A stretch of DNA of 64,000 nt. Origin: Alkalispirochaeta sp. (GTDB lineage Bacteria; Spirochaetota; Spirochaetia; DSM-27196; Alkalispirochaetaceae). The position numbers and the translations under genes are program-made. The DNA lies in the NCBI GenBank assembly GCA_965601925.1, contig OZ271854.1, positions 2,016,001-2,080,000 on the forward strand. The letters are read 5' to 3'. Each line of letters starts with the position of its first letter. Within the stretch, counting starts at the first letter, position 1. Below, in pieces: positions 9,651 through 19,869 of this stretch. The notes beneath the pieces were generated by a model. It did no database searches. It was given only the letters and a program-made list of their open reading frames with translations, and was not told the origin of the DNA.

Positions 9651-11024
9651 GTGGGGGTTTCTCTGGAACGGCAGGAAAAACGTCTCTATTGGTTGATGGG
9701 GCTTTCGTTGGTGGGGTGTGCCGTTTTAGGTGTCGTCGCCCAAGGGCCTGTAGCGGCGTTTAGGGGGCTCGTGACGATTCAGTATCACCCGGCGCGGCTT
9801 CTCAACGACTTCACCGCCGTCGGTGGAGAGGGGGCGGCGCTTCTCAACGCGGCCTTGGTTGCGCTTTTGGGCTTGCTTCTCGTACGAGTTCATCGCGTCC
9901 GACTCTCGGGACCGACGATCGCGGCGGTCTTTACTATGTTCGGATTCGGTCTGTTCGGAAAAACACCGACCAACGCGCTCCCGATCATTGCGGGAGTCGC
10001 CTTCGCGGCCCGTATATCCGAGAAATCCTTCCAGGAATACATCCTCATGGCGCTTTTCGGTACGGCGTTGGGGCCACTGGTTATGGCCCTGGCCGTCGAG
10101 GCGGGCCTCGCTCCGCCGATTGCCGTGGCCGCCGCGATCGTCGGCGGGTTCGCTGCGGGCGTGCTTCTGCCGCCCCTCGGTATCACCATGTTGCGCCTTC
10201 ACCAGGGGTTCAATCTCTATAACATCGGGCTGACGTGCGGATTTCTCGCCATCTTCGCCGCATCGCTGTTGGTGGCGACGGGGCGTCCCTTTTCACCGAC
10301 GTTGGTATGGAACGACGCGCCGTCTCCGCTTCTTGTGTTTCTCGTCCCGGCTCTGTCGTTCGTACTGCTCGTGACCGGGTTGATTCCGGCACCGAAAAAG
10401 ACGTGGGCGGATTTTCGGAAGATTCTTACGCTCTCCGGGCGATTGCCGTCGGACTTCCTCACGATGTCCTCGACCCGCGGCAGCCTCTTCAATATGGGCG
10501 TCATGGGCCTCCTTACGTGGGGATACGTCCTTGTCGTCGGCGGAGATTTGAACGGCCCGGTCTTGGGCGGCATACTTACTGCAATGGGGTTCGCCTCTTT
10601 TGGAAAACATCCCCGCAACGCGTGGCCGGTCGTCGCCGGTGTCGTTGCGGCGTGTCTGCTCTTCGGCAAAGATCTCGCCGCTCCGGGTCCGCTTCTCGCG
10701 GCGCTCTTTTCTTTGACGCTGGCGCCGTTGGCGGGTGAGTTCGGTTTGTTCGTCGGATTTATCGCCGGGTTCCTCCACCTCGTGATGGTAGAGCGTACCG
10801 GCGCCTGGCATCTCGGTACCAATCTTTATAACAACGGTTTTTCCGGCGGACTGACCGCAACGTTTTTGGTCGCCGTCATCGAGTGGTATCGCTCCAACCA
10901 CAGTACGGAGCGGACAAGGATACTTCGTAAGACACCGAAAACTACGGACACCGGATCTACCGATGGAGCCGAACAGCGTGAGCACCCGTCCGATGTCGCA
11001 CTAAGCGGATCTTCAAAAGAGTAA
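9651..11024 (+). CDS. DUF1576-domain membrane protein
   Basis: Internally repeated hydrophobic domains with FGLFGK/FASFGKH, ALFGTALGP/ALFSLTLAP and GFNLYNIG/GTNLYNNGF. Start codon uncertain (9651 GTG or 9696 ATG). Confidence 0.8.
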   Translation: MGVSLERQEKRLYWLMGLSLVGCAVLGVVAQGPVAAFRGLVTIQYHPARLLNDFTAVGGEGAALLNAALVALLGLLLVRVHRVRLSGPTIAAVFTMFGFGLFGKTPTNALPIIAGVAFAARISEKSFQEYILMALFGTALGPLVMALAVEAGLAPPIAVAAAIVGGFAAGVLLPPLGITMLRLHQGFNLYNIGLTCGFLAIFAASLLVATGRPFSPTLVWNDAPSPLLVFLVPALSFVLLVTGLIPAPKKTWADFRKILTLSGRLPSDFLTMSSTRGSLFNMGVMGLLTWGYVLVVGGDLNGPVLGGILTAMGFASFGKHPRNAWPVVAGVVAACLLFGKDLAAPGPLLAALFSLTLAPLAGEFGLFVGFIAGFLHLVMVERTGAWHLGTNLYNNGFSGGLTATFLVAVIEWYRSNHSTERTRILRKTPKTTDTGSTDGAEQREHPSDVALSGSSKE

Positions 11025-11043
11025 AGTCGGAAGGACGGAGCGT

Positions 11044-11427
11044 GTGAAACAAAAAGATATCGTGCTGCATTTAATCAGCGAGGTCTCGCATTTCGTGTTG
11101 GACGGCGATCCTATGCGGATGGTTATCTCTCTTCACCAGGAGGATGACGGCTTGCATCTGGCGATTCTGGACGACACGCAGCGCAACGACGACGAACTCG
11201 CGTCAATTCGTGCGGCGTTAGACAATCCGGGTAGGCCGGAGCTTGCGGCGTATTACGGCTCGATGGCCGGATCAGACATGTTGGGATCGGCGCGTCTCGA
11301 TCTCATCGGTTGGCAGATAAAAGCTTCGAGGGTCGGGCGTACCGACAGCGGAACAAAGATCGATCTATGGCTCGGCGGCGATCGCTTCAATCCGGACCAG
11401 TTTTCCCTTTCCGACGGCGACGGATAG
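11044..11427 (+). CDS. Hypothetical protein, probably co-transcribed with DUF1576
   Basis: 127-aa ORF with an AGGA/GGAG RBS, starting 19 bp after the DUF1576 stop; RPELAAYYGSMAG segment. Confidence 0.7.
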   Translation: MKQKDIVLHLISEVSHFVLDGDPMRMVISLHQEDDGLHLAILDDTQRNDDELASIRAALDNPGRPELAAYYGSMAGSDMLGSARLDLIGWQIKASRVGRTDSGTKIDLWLGGDRFNPDQFSLSDGDG

Positions 11428-11562
11428 TCGGACTCGGCGAGATACCGCGCGCTGCGATACTTGTACCGTAGCGAACTCTCGCGATGCGTATCGTCCCGTT
11501 GCGGCGCGCCATCCCGTGGGTGTCGATCCGATCCGACGATGTGGAATGGAGAGGCGTAGACG

Positions 11563-12405
11563 ATGCTGTTGAAAATCTACGAGCCGACATACCCTCTGCG
11601 AACCTTCGTGCAATCCATGATTTACTACGAGGGATACAATGGATTGGGATCATACGAGACGTTGCTTCCCGACGGCGTATCCCAACTCATCATTCCCTTG
11701 GACGAACACTACCGATTTGCTACACCGGTCGGCGGCGGCGAACTCGCCCTCCGTCGGGCGTGGATCGCCGGTATCCAGACCGGTCCGCTGAGGTATCGAT
11801 CGGAGCGGGACGCCACGACGCTGTGTATCCGATTCGAGCCCGGGGGGTTACATCGTCTCATCGGTATTCCCGCATCCGAGTTTCGTGATCGGGTCGTAGA
11901 TGCAACGCTGGTTGTGCGGCATCTCATCGAATCGTTTCGCGACGCACTGTGTACCGTTCGATATCGCGGCGAAACCGCCTCGGCCGGCGACACGTGGAGA
12001 GACATTCTGGACGTCGCCGTGCGTACACTCCGGGAGCGCATCGTCTTTGGCCACGGTGCGGAGCGTATGCCCCCCGCGATCCACGCCCTGCGGGACGGTA
12101 CGGCGCTTCTCTCCGATATCGCTCAACGGGTGGGCTACTCGCACAAGCATCTGATCCACCTATTCAAGACGCACGTCGGCATCTCGCCCAAGAAGTATCA
12201 ACGCATTCAACGATTCAACACCGCCCTGTCGCACATCCACGGGCTTGAACGCCCCGACCTTGCAGATGTTGCATATCGATGCGGCTACTGCGATCAGGCT
12301 CACTTCACTAATGAGTTTCATCGACTCGCCGGGTACAGTCCCACCCAGTACATCGAGCACTCCGGTGAGTATCGCAACGTCTTTGCGACCGACGGCGAGG
12401 GGTAA
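11563..12405 (+). CDS. AraC family regulator (DUF6597-like N-terminus)
   Basis: LLPDG motif, IRFEPGG and a C-terminal double HTH (HLIHLFKTHVGISPKKY; CGYCDQAHFTNEF). Confidence 0.9.
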   Translation: MLLKIYEPTYPLRTFVQSMIYYEGYNGLGSYETLLPDGVSQLIIPLDEHYRFATPVGGGELALRRAWIAGIQTGPLRYRSERDATTLCIRFEPGGLHRLIGIPASEFRDRVVDATLVVRHLIESFRDALCTVRYRGETASAGDTWRDILDVAVRTLRERIVFGHGAERMPPAIHALRDGTALLSDIAQRVGYSHKHLIHLFKTHVGISPKKYQRIQRFNTALSHIHGLERPDLADVAYRCGYCDQAHFTNEFHRLAGYSPTQYIEHSGEYRNVFATDGEG

Positions 12406-12449
12406 ATTTTTTACAATACCGCGACGTGTCGCGCCGCTACACTCTACTC

Positions 12450-12524
12450 ATGAGAAAATTCATTTGCGAAATCACAACATCGGTCAAGACCGTACCGCAC
12501 GGCACTGCTACGTTTAACCGATGA
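12450..12524 (+). other. 24-codon upstream ORF / remnant resembling the N-terminus of the downstream gene
   Basis: Encodes MRKFICEITTSVKTVPHGTATFNR*. Its TGA overlaps the downstream ATG (ATGA), and TACACT lies 6 nt upstream of its ATG. Confidence 0.5.
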
Positions 12525-13054
12525 GGAAGCTAATCTATCATATCGCGACATCGGTAGACGGGTTTATAGCCGATACCGACGGTTCGGTTGACGGGTTCTT
12601 AATGGAGGGGGACCACGCCGACGACTTCACGCGATCCCTCTCGTCCTACGACACCGTCGTCATGGGACGAAAGACCTATGAGTTTGCTTTCCTCTTCGGG
12701 CTACAGCCCGGTGAGCCGGCGTATCCCGGTCTCAAGCACTACATCATCTCGTCATGGTTACGCTTCGAGAATACCGACCAGGTGGTGTCGGTTCCGACCG
12801 ACGGGGTCGAGTGCGTCCGAGCGTTGAAGGGGGAGTCCGGTAAGGACATCTGGTTGTGTGGGGGCGGGCATGTGGCGGGGTCCCTTCTCCGCGCCGGGCT
12901 GATAGACGAACTCATACTCAAGGTGAATCCTATTCTTTTGGGAGATGGAATCAAACTCTTTGAGGGCGGCCCCGCACGATCTCGTTGGAACCTTCGAGAG
13001 GCGAAGGTCTACGGAAACGGAGTCGTGTTACAACACTACGAGTCGGCGCGGTGA
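12521..13054 (+). CDS. Dihydrofolate reductase / RibD C-terminal family protein
   Basis: IATSVDGFIA, VMGRKTY, DIWLCGGG and LIDEL...P..LG.G..LF. Confidence 0.9.
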   Translation: MRKLIYHIATSVDGFIADTDGSVDGFLMEGDHADDFTRSLSSYDTVVMGRKTYEFAFLFGLQPGEPAYPGLKHYIISSWLRFENTDQVVSVPTDGVECVRALKGESGKDIWLCGGGHVAGSLLRAGLIDELILKVNPILLGDGIKLFEGGPARSRWNLREAKVYGNGVVLQHYESAR

Positions 13055-13100
13055 TCGCGCGGGCTGTCGAGACGGACGCTCCCGTGTTACGCTCCGCACC

Positions 13101-13538
13101 ATGCAGCGGGAAGAAGCGGGGGCGTTCTCCGATTACGAGCTGAGCGACGACCCGACGAAAATCGATATTGCGGTTGTGCATCGGTATCTCTCGGAAGAGT
13201 CGTACTGGGCAGGCGGACGATCCATCGATGTGGTGAAACGATCGATTGAACACTCGTGGTGTCTCGGCGCCTACGATCAACACGGTGCTATGGTAGCCTT
13301 TGCCCGCATCGTGACGGACTGGGCGACTATGTACTACCTATGCGATGTGTTCGTGTTACCGGATCACCGCGGGTGCGGCCTCGGAAAGGCGCTCGTCAAC
13401 CGGGTCGTCGGCGATCCTCGTTTGGCCGATCTTGCCGGTCTTCTCGGCACCGCCGATGCTCATGGTCTCTATGAACCGTTCGGATTTCGACAGGACGATG
13501 AGATGCGTCGGCGCTTTATGCGGCGACCCCGAGCGTAA
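13101..13538 (+). CDS. GNAT family N-acetyltransferase
   Basis: SYWA, FARIVTD, DVFVLPDHRGCGLGK and T.DAHGLY..FGF. Confidence 0.88.
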   Translation: MQREEAGAFSDYELSDDPTKIDIAVVHRYLSEESYWAGGRSIDVVKRSIEHSWCLGAYDQHGAMVAFARIVTDWATMYYLCDVFVLPDHRGCGLGKALVNRVVGDPRLADLAGLLGTADAHGLYEPFGFRQDDEMRRRFMRRPRA

Positions 13539-13635
13539 GATGCGTCGATAGGTTGCAGAGTGCGACACGAGGCGGCAACCGCCGTTGATCAAACAGTTCT
13601 CCGGGTGCGCCCGGAAGCGCCGTGGACGAACTCTC

Positions 13636-14118
13636 CTATTCGACGGCGAGACGAGTAAGCGCCGCTTCGTCCAATCGGTACACGTCCCAATCCTCCATGG
13701 CCTTTGCTCCCAGGGATCGGTAGAACGATATGGCGCTCGTGTTCCAGTCGAGGACCGACCATTCCACGCGCCCGTAGTTGCGCTCGCGAGCCGTACGGGC
13801 GAGATACACCAACAACGCCCGACCAATTCCACGGGCGCGGTATTCGGGTCTCACGAATAGATCTTCCAAGTAGAGGCCGGGCCGCCCCACGAAGGTCGAA
13901 AATGTCTTAAAAAAAAGCGCAAATCCCGCGCCCTCGTCGCCGCACCACGCAATGACGGCCTCCGCCGCCGGCGAGGGACCGAACAGCGCTTCCTCGATCC
14001 GCGATTCGGTCGCCTCGACCCTGTGGCTTAGCTTCTCATACGCGGCCAGCTCCTTGATGAAGCGCGTGATGAGCGGCACGTCCTCGGCCCGCGCCGGTGT
14101 AACGGTAAGATCGTCCAT
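13636..14118 (-). CDS. GNAT acetyltransferase (diamine/spermidine acetyltransferase-like)
   Basis: ELAAYEK, FSTF.G.PGLYLEDLFV.PEYR..GIG and EWSVLDWN..AI.FY..LGA. Confidence 0.9.
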   Translation of the reverse strand: MDDLTVTPARAEDVPLITRFIKELAAYEKLSHRVEATESRIEEALFGPSPAAEAVIAWCGDEGAGFALFFKTFSTFVGRPGLYLEDLFVRPEYRARGIGRALLVYLARTARERNYGRVEWSVLDWNTSAISFYRSLGAKAMEDWDVYRLDEAALTRLAVE

Positions 14119-14321
14119 AGCGAGCGATCATACCAAGTCCCCGGAGTGCCCACAACTCCGGAGAGGTGCGACGGATCGCGTCACGTCGATCGGGGAATGC
14201 TATCGACTCGTCGCGGAGCTCTCGTGCGGTCCGACACGGGCGTATCGAATGCGCCGAGGTCGGCACGTTCTCCCTTCGCCGGGCGAGGACAAAAGCTTCG
14301 TATTCTGGTACCGTTTATCCC

Positions 14322-16214
14322 ATGGATTTCGACTCCATCGTAGTAGGGGGCGGACACGCCGGAATCGAGGCGTCGATGGCGATCGCACGACTCGGGTTTC
14401 GCGTCCTTATGATCACACAAAATCTCGACACGATCGGTAAGCTCAGTTGCAACCCCGCGATCGGCGGGCTCGCCAAGGGCAATATGGTGCGGGAGATCGA
14501 CGCGCTCGGCGGGCAGATGGGGCGCATCATCGATGAAACGATGATTCAGTTCCGTGTTCTCAACCGCAGCCGCGGTCCGGCGGTACAGGCTCCGAGAGCA
14601 CAGGCGGACAAGCTCGCCTACCAAATCAAGGCGAAACAAGTCCTCGAGTCCGAGCCCGCCCTCCAGCTCTTTCAGGACACCGTGGTCGATTTTCTCTATA
14701 CCGATGATCATCGGTCCGTAGCCGGCGTCGTGACCGAACGTGGGAAGCGTTTCTCCTGTCGTTCGGTCGTGGTCACTACCGGCACCTTTCTCAACGGGCG
14801 TATCTTCATCGGCGAGTATAACGCCGAGAGTGGGCGTATCGCGGAACCCGCCGCCAAGGGGTTGGAACGACCCCTCTTGCAGCTCGGTTTTCGGATGGGG
14901 CGAATGAAGACCGGTACTCCGGCGCGCGTCATGCGGCGCTCCATCGATTTCGACCGCGTCGAGTCACAGTTCGGCGACGAGGAGATCGTGCCGTTCAGCT
15001 TCGACAGTCGCGAGGTGACGCGGGAGCAGGTCCGGTGTTACATCACGTGGACGACGGAAAAGACGCACCGGGTCATTGAGGACAATATGAGCCGCTCACC
15101 CCTCTATTCGGGCCTGATCGTAGGCTCCGGGCCGCGCTACTGCCCTTCGATCGAGGACAAAGTCGTAAAGTTTCCCGACCGGACGCGCCACCAGATCTTC
15201 ATCGAGCCCGAAGGTGTCTCTACCGGCGAGATGTACCTCAACGGCATCAGCACCTCGTTGCCCGAGGACGTACAGGAGGCGTTCATCCGCACCATTCCCG
15301 GGTTGGAGGCGGCGGAGATCGTACGTCCGGGGTACGCGGTGGAGTATGATCACATCGACCCGTCTCAGCTCTATCCCACCCTGGAGGCGAAGATGCTCGC
15401 CGGGCTCTACATCGCCGGACAGACCAACGGCACCTCCGGGTACGAGGAGGCGGCCGGGCAGGGTCTTATCGCAGGTATTAACGCCGCCCTCGCCATGCGC
15501 GGGGAGGGCCCGTTTATCTTAAGCCGCGCCGACGCCTATATCGGCGTCATGATCGACGACCTGGTCACCCTCGGCACCAAGGAGCCGTACCGTATGTTTA
15601 CCTCCCGTGCCGAGCACCGTATGAACCTGCGCCACGATTCGTCGGATATCAGACTCTTCGAGCAGGCCCATCGCATCGGGATGCATACCTCCGCCGCATG
15701 GGAGCGTTTTCAGGAAAAGAAACGGGGAATTGAAGCGATCAAGAAGCAGATCCGCGCGCGCCATCTCTCGGAGAACGAGCTTGTCGCCTCGGCTCCCGGC
15801 AGAATGTCCGCCGGCGGCAACCATCCCTTCCGCCCGTTCATCGGGAGAAGTTTCGATAAGATTCTCAAGAATCCCAGAGTGAGCCTCCAGGAGCTCGTAC
15901 GTTTTGAACCTGCGATCGCCGAAGGGCGGCCTACCGAATGGTTACGTCAGGTGGAGCTCGATATCAAGTACGAGGGATACGTCGCCCGGGAAGAGAAGAT
16001 GGTGCAGCGGTTTCGCCGCATGGAGAATATGCGCATTCCCCGTGACTTCGATTGGGACGGCATTGCCGGGCTCTCAAACGAGGGGCGGGAGAAGTTTAAG
16101 GCGATACGTCCCGTCTCGGTGGGACAAGCGTCCCGCATTTCCGGTGTACGCAACTCCGACGTAACGGTGCTGTTGGTTGCCCTGGGGCGCGTCCACAAGA
16201 GTCCCGCCGCGTGA
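14322..16214 (+). CDS. mnmG: tRNA uridine 5-carboxymethylaminomethyl modification enzyme MnmG (GidA)
   Basis: [65 protein letters not shown] and [11 protein letters not shown]. Confidence 0.98.
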   Translation: MDFDSIVVGGGHAGIEASMAIARLGFRVLMITQNLDTIGKLSCNPAIGGLAKGNMVREIDALGGQMGRIIDETMIQFRVLNRSRGPAVQAPRAQADKLAYQIKAKQVLESEPALQLFQDTVVDFLYTDDHRSVAGVVTERGKRFSCRSVVVTTGTFLNGRIFIGEYNAESGRIAEPAAKGLERPLLQLGFRMGRMKTGTPARVMRRSIDFDRVESQFGDEEIVPFSFDSREVTREQVRCYITWTTEKTHRVIEDNMSRSPLYSGLIVGSGPRYCPSIEDKVVKFPDRTRHQIFIEPEGVSTGEMYLNGISTSLPEDVQEAFIRTIPGLEAAEIVRPGYAVEYDHIDPSQLYPTLEAKMLAGLYIAGQTNGTSGYEEAAGQGLIAGINAALAMRGEGPFILSRADAYIGVMIDDLVTLGTKEPYRMFTSRAEHRMNLRHDSSDIRLFEQAHRIGMHTSAAWERFQEKKRGIEAIKKQIRARHLSENELVASAPGRMSAGGNHPFRPFIGRSFDKILKNPRVSLQELVRFEPAIAEGRPTEWLRQVELDIKYEGYVAREEKMVQRFRRMENMRIPRDFDWDGIAGLSNEGREKFKAIRPVSVGQASRISGVRNSDVTVLLVALGRVHKSPAA

Positions 16215-16951
16215 CGGATAACGTATCGAACGCAGCCGACACCGTCTCTCCGGATCGAATCGTCGACGGACTGAGGGAGATCGATCTCTCGGAGGAGCGT
16301 ATCGCCGTCGCAACACGCCCTCTCGGCCGCTACGTCACGGAACTTCGCGAGGCCAACGAACGGTACGGACTCATCGCCCGGGGCGACGTCGCCGACGCGC
16401 AACGACTCTTCGTGCGCCACATCCTCGACAGCATCGCTCCATGGCGACACCTCGCCGACCTGGTCGCCCGGACCGGCCGGCGCCGTCTCTACGATTTGGG
16501 AGCCGGAGCGGGGTTGCCGGGCATACCGTTGGGGATCGCCCTGGGCGACGTGTTGGACGAGACGGTTTTGGTGGAACGGAGGAGCAGGCGCGTGAGTTTT
16601 CTCCTCGGCGTAACGGCGCAGGTATCGACCGAGCTCACCGCCGGCGCGGCGACCCTGCGTGTCGTTGAACGGGACGCCACGCTACTCGGAAAGACGGAAG
16701 AGGAACGTCTCGATGGAGCCTTGGTCGTCTTTCGCGCCTATCAAAAGACGACTCCCGAGCTCCTCGGCGCACTCGCAGCGACCTTCGGTCCCGGTGCACC
16801 GGTCTGCGCCTGGAAGGGACGCCACGCCCAAACCGAGTCGGAGCGTCGGCTCGTCGCCGCTTCACCGCACGCCGCAGATGCGCGTATGCACGTCGTCGAG
16901 GTGCCCGGAGAGGCGGCGGAGCGATCGGTTTTGGTGTGGGTGACGCGGTAG
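16211..16951 (+). CDS. rsmG: 16S rRNA m7G527 methyltransferase RsmG (GidB)
   Basis: RHILDS and SAM motif [17 protein letters not shown] overlap with mnmG. Confidence 0.88.
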   Translation: MTDNVSNAADTVSPDRIVDGLREIDLSEERIAVATRPLGRYVTELREANERYGLIARGDVADAQRLFVRHILDSIAPWRHLADLVARTGRRRLYDLGAGAGLPGIPLGIALGDVLDETVLVERRSRRVSFLLGVTAQVSTELTAGAATLRVVERDATLLGKTEEERLDGALVVFRAYQKTTPELLGALAATFGPGAPVCAWKGRHAQTESERRLVAASPHAADARMHVVEVPGEAAERSVLVWVTR

Positions 16952-17063
16952 TCCGCGCGCTTTGATGCTTCGTATCGGCGTGGCGGGCGATCTACGCTTG
17001 TCGCGTGCCCGGCCGTCGCAAGGTCGTTCCCCAACCACCGTTTGTGATAGGTCCTACACGGGA

Positions 17064-17690
17064 TCAGCGATTGCGCTCCTTTGTTGCAAGGATTCGTAGC
17101 CCCGCTAACAGCGTTGCCAAGCTACTCTCCGCCCGTTCGACGGTACTCGCCGGCTCCTCGCTCGAGGCGATCCACAGCGCCGCGTCGAGCATCGCACCGT
17201 TCAACATGCGAGCGAGCGCCTCCGCATCGGTCCGTGCGATCGTATCGGTCTCCATCAGCTCATTCAGAGTGTCCGCGATCGGCCCCACCGAACCCTCGGC
17301 GTCCAGCTGGCGCGCTCGTTCGCCCATAACCGCCGGCGCCTCTTGGAGTAAAATCCGACTCACATCGGGCTCGAGTGCCGCACGAATGTAGGTACGACAA
17401 CCCGCTTGAAACGCCTCCCACGGGTCTTCTATCGCGCGGTAGGCCATCTCTATTCGCGCGAGTATCTCGGCATCTATCCGCCTTACGACCGCCTCGAAGA
17501 GGCCCTCTTTGCCGCCGAAGTGGTGGTACAGGGCGCCGCGGGTAAGGCCTACTTCGGCACATAGTACATCCATAGAGGTCGCATGGTAGCCCGACTCGGC
17601 AAAGGAGCGCCGCGCCGCGGCGAGTAGTTTCTCAGTCGTTTCTTGGATCATCTGCGCCCGCGATCGGCGAGCGCGTCCGTCCTTGCCCAT
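17064..17690 (-). CDS. TetR family regulator
   Basis: HTH GYHATSMDVLCAEVGLTRGALYHHFGGKEGLF. Confidence 0.92.
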   Translation of the reverse strand: MGKDGRARRSRAQMIQETTEKLLAAARRSFAESGYHATSMDVLCAEVGLTRGALYHHFGGKEGLFEAVVRRIDAEILARIEMAYRAIEDPWEAFQAGCRTYIRAALEPDVSRILLQEAPAVMGERARQLDAEGSVGPIADTLNELMETDTIARTDAEALARMLNGAMLDAALWIASSEEPASTVERAESSLATLLAGLRILATKERNR

Positions 17691-17714
17691 TTGTACGTTC
17701 TCCTGCCATTGTTA

Positions 17715-17769
17715 TTGACATACGCGATGTATGTTAATATGTTAATTTAACATACGCTATGTATGTGAA
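17715..17769 (+). promoter_or_regulatory. Promoter with two palindromic operators
   Basis: TTGACA(17715)-17 bp-TATGTT(17738). ACATAC-N5-GTATGT occurs at 17718-17734 and 17750-17766. Confidence 0.8.
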
Positions 17770-17797
17770 TATACCCGATAGAGAAGGAGTGAACAAG

Positions 17798-18511
17798 ATG
17801 CAACGTACCACAGACCGACGGCGGGCCGAGGAAGTCTCAGTCCGGCGTGCAACGACCGACGACATACCCTTTTTGGCGCAGGTCGATCTGATCGCCTCTA
17901 CACCACCCTTCGATAGATCGATTTGGGAGCGCTACCTCGAGGGTATCGGTACGTCCACCGTGCGCTTTTTGGAGGCGATGTTCATGGTGGACGCGTCAAA
18001 CTGGGGTAGCGCAGAGGACTTCATCGTGCTCGAGGTGGCGGGAACGCCGGCGGCGGCGTGCGCCGTATACGACGGTACCGACCGGCCCGCCGATCAGGGC
18101 ATGATTGATATGGAGAAGCTGCCGTCGATCGCGCGCCGATTGGGTTGGACGGACGAGGTGTCCCAAACGTTTCGGGCCGCGTACGAGAAGGATTGGAAGG
18201 GCGACCAACGGTTTTTGGCGCCCCAGGCGGAGGCGATCATCGAGACTGTGGGAGTACTACCGGAGTTTCGTAGGATGGGTCTCGGCGATCGTCTTATGCG
18301 TGAGAGTCGGGTGGAGGCGCTCCGACGCGGGCACGCGTCTATCGGAATCATGGTGATTCACGGCAACGACGGCGCCAAGCGTCTCTACGAACGTCACTTT
18401 GAGCCGTACATCACCTACCACGCGAGCTTCTTCGGCGGTGAGTTCCCGGGGATAACGAAATATCGCGCAAGTCTATCCGAGAGTGATTACGGAGATGGAG
18501 ATGAGGCGTGA
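17798..18511 (+). CDS. GNAT family N-acetyltransferase
   Basis: VGVLPEFRRMGLG and N.GAKRLYE motifs; AAGGAG RBS. Confidence 0.85.
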   Translation: MQRTTDRRRAEEVSVRRATTDDIPFLAQVDLIASTPPFDRSIWERYLEGIGTSTVRFLEAMFMVDASNWGSAEDFIVLEVAGTPAAACAVYDGTDRPADQGMIDMEKLPSIARRLGWTDEVSQTFRAAYEKDWKGDQRFLAPQAEAIIETVGVLPEFRRMGLGDRLMRESRVEALRRGHASIGIMVIHGNDGAKRLYERHFEPYITYHASFFGGEFPGITKYRASLSESDYGDGDEA

Positions 18512-19869
18512 AAGCGCCTACGGATGTTGATGTCGTGGTGGTGGGCGCCGGCTTTGCGGGGCTCACCGCTGCGCGGGCTCTCAAGCGCGCTGGGCGAACG
18601 GTTCGGCTTCTCGAGGCTCGCGGCCGCGTCGGCGGGCGTGTGCATTCGGTGGCGCTCGACGATCTGCGCCTGGACCTCGGAGGCCGCTATCTGGGCGGCA
18701 ATCAGACGCACGTACGTGCGCTCGCGACGGAACTCGACGTGTCGCTCTACTCGCCCGACATAGACGGCGCCGCAATCATTGAGCGTGACGGAGAGGCGCG
18801 GGCCCTCGACGGGGACCCCGAGGAGCTCCTGCCCGCCGCCGTTCGAGAGGAGTATCGGTGCCTCGTCGCGGAGCTGGAAGAGATGGCACTCACGCTGCCG
18901 GTCGGTCGCCCGTGGGATGCACCGCGCGCCGCGAAATGGGACACCCAAACTCTTGAAAGCTTCGTGCGCTCACGATCGAAACACGCAGAGGTGTTAGCCG
19001 AGGTCCACGGTTGGAGCGTCGGGCTCGTCGCCGCCGAACCGTCGGAGGTGTCGCTCCTCTCCTTTTTGTGGTACGTCCGGACCAGCGAGGGCATGGCCAA
19101 CGCGGTCGACTCCGAGACGGGGTTACTTTCCTTTGCTGTCGCCGGGAGTATGCATCAACTCGCCACGCGTCTTGCCGACGAACTCATCGCCGAGCTCTCC
19201 CTCAACACACCGGTGAGGCGCATCGAGCAGGGCTCCCATTCGGTTATCGTCACCGGCGACGGTGGTGTCTGGCGCGCTGAGCGTGTCGTCGTCGCCCTGC
19301 CTCCCGTGTTGGCCGCCCGGATCGTGTACGAACCTGCGCTTCCCGCCGCCCGCGAGATGCTCATGCAAAAGTTCGCCCTGGGCCGCCTCTCCTCGATAGT
19401 GGTGGTCTACGATGAGCCGTTTTGGAAACGAGCGGGACTGTCGGGAATGGCGGTCGGCGGTCGGGATCGGTGGGCCGCAAATGTGTTGAACGTGACGCCC
19501 CCCGATACGCTTCGCGGAGCGTTGTCGTGTTTTGTAGAGCCGGGAAAAGCGGCCCGTTTTGCAGATCTGACGGCGGATGAACGAAGAAGCGCGATCCTGT
19601 GCGACCTGACGGCCTACTTCGGCGATCAGGCGGCCCACCCGATCGGCTATGTCGAGGCGAACTGGGTCGCCGACCCATATACGCGCGGCGGGTACGGTTG
19701 GTCGCTCCCGCCGAGAACGCTTACGATGTTCGGTCCCGCTCTTCGTGAACCCCATGGGCGGGTCCATTTTGCCGGTACGGAGACCTCAGAACGCTTCGCC
19801 GGGTACATCGACGGCGCGATCCGCTCCGGCGAGCGTGCTGCGCGCGATCTCCTCGTCGCACGACCATGA
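18508..19869 (+). CDS. Flavin monoamine oxidase / putrescine oxidase family oxidoreductase
   Basis: VVGAGFAGL, LEARGRVGGR, DLGG, YDEPFW and FAGTET...GYIDGAIRSGERAA. GGY rather than GGCY implies non-covalent FAD. Confidence 0.9.
   Translation: MKAPTDVDVVVVGAGFAGLTAARALKRAGRTVRLLEARGRVGGRVHSVALDDLRLDLGGRYLGGNQTHVRALATELDVSLYSPDIDGAAIIERDGEARALDGDPEELLPAAVREEYRCLVAELEEMALTLPVGRPWDAPRAAKWDTQTLESFVRSRSKHAEVLAEVHGWSVGLVAAEPSEVSLLSFLWYVRTSEGMANAVDSETGLLSFAVAGSMHQLATRLADELIAELSLNTPVRRIEQGSHSVIVTGDGGVWRAERVVVALPPVLAARIVYEPALPAAREMLMQKFALGRLSSIVVVYDEPFWKRAGLSGMAVGGRDRWAANVLNVTPPDTLRGALSCFVEPGKAARFADLTADERRSAILCDLTAYFGDQAAHPIGYVEANWVADPYTRGGYGWSLPPRTLTMFGPALREPHGRVHFAGTETSERFAGYIDGAIRSGERAARDLLVARP

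Noticed and set aside
14322..16951. Replication origin near mnmG/rsmG
   Set aside because: No dnaA/dnaN and no cluster of DnaA boxes were seen.
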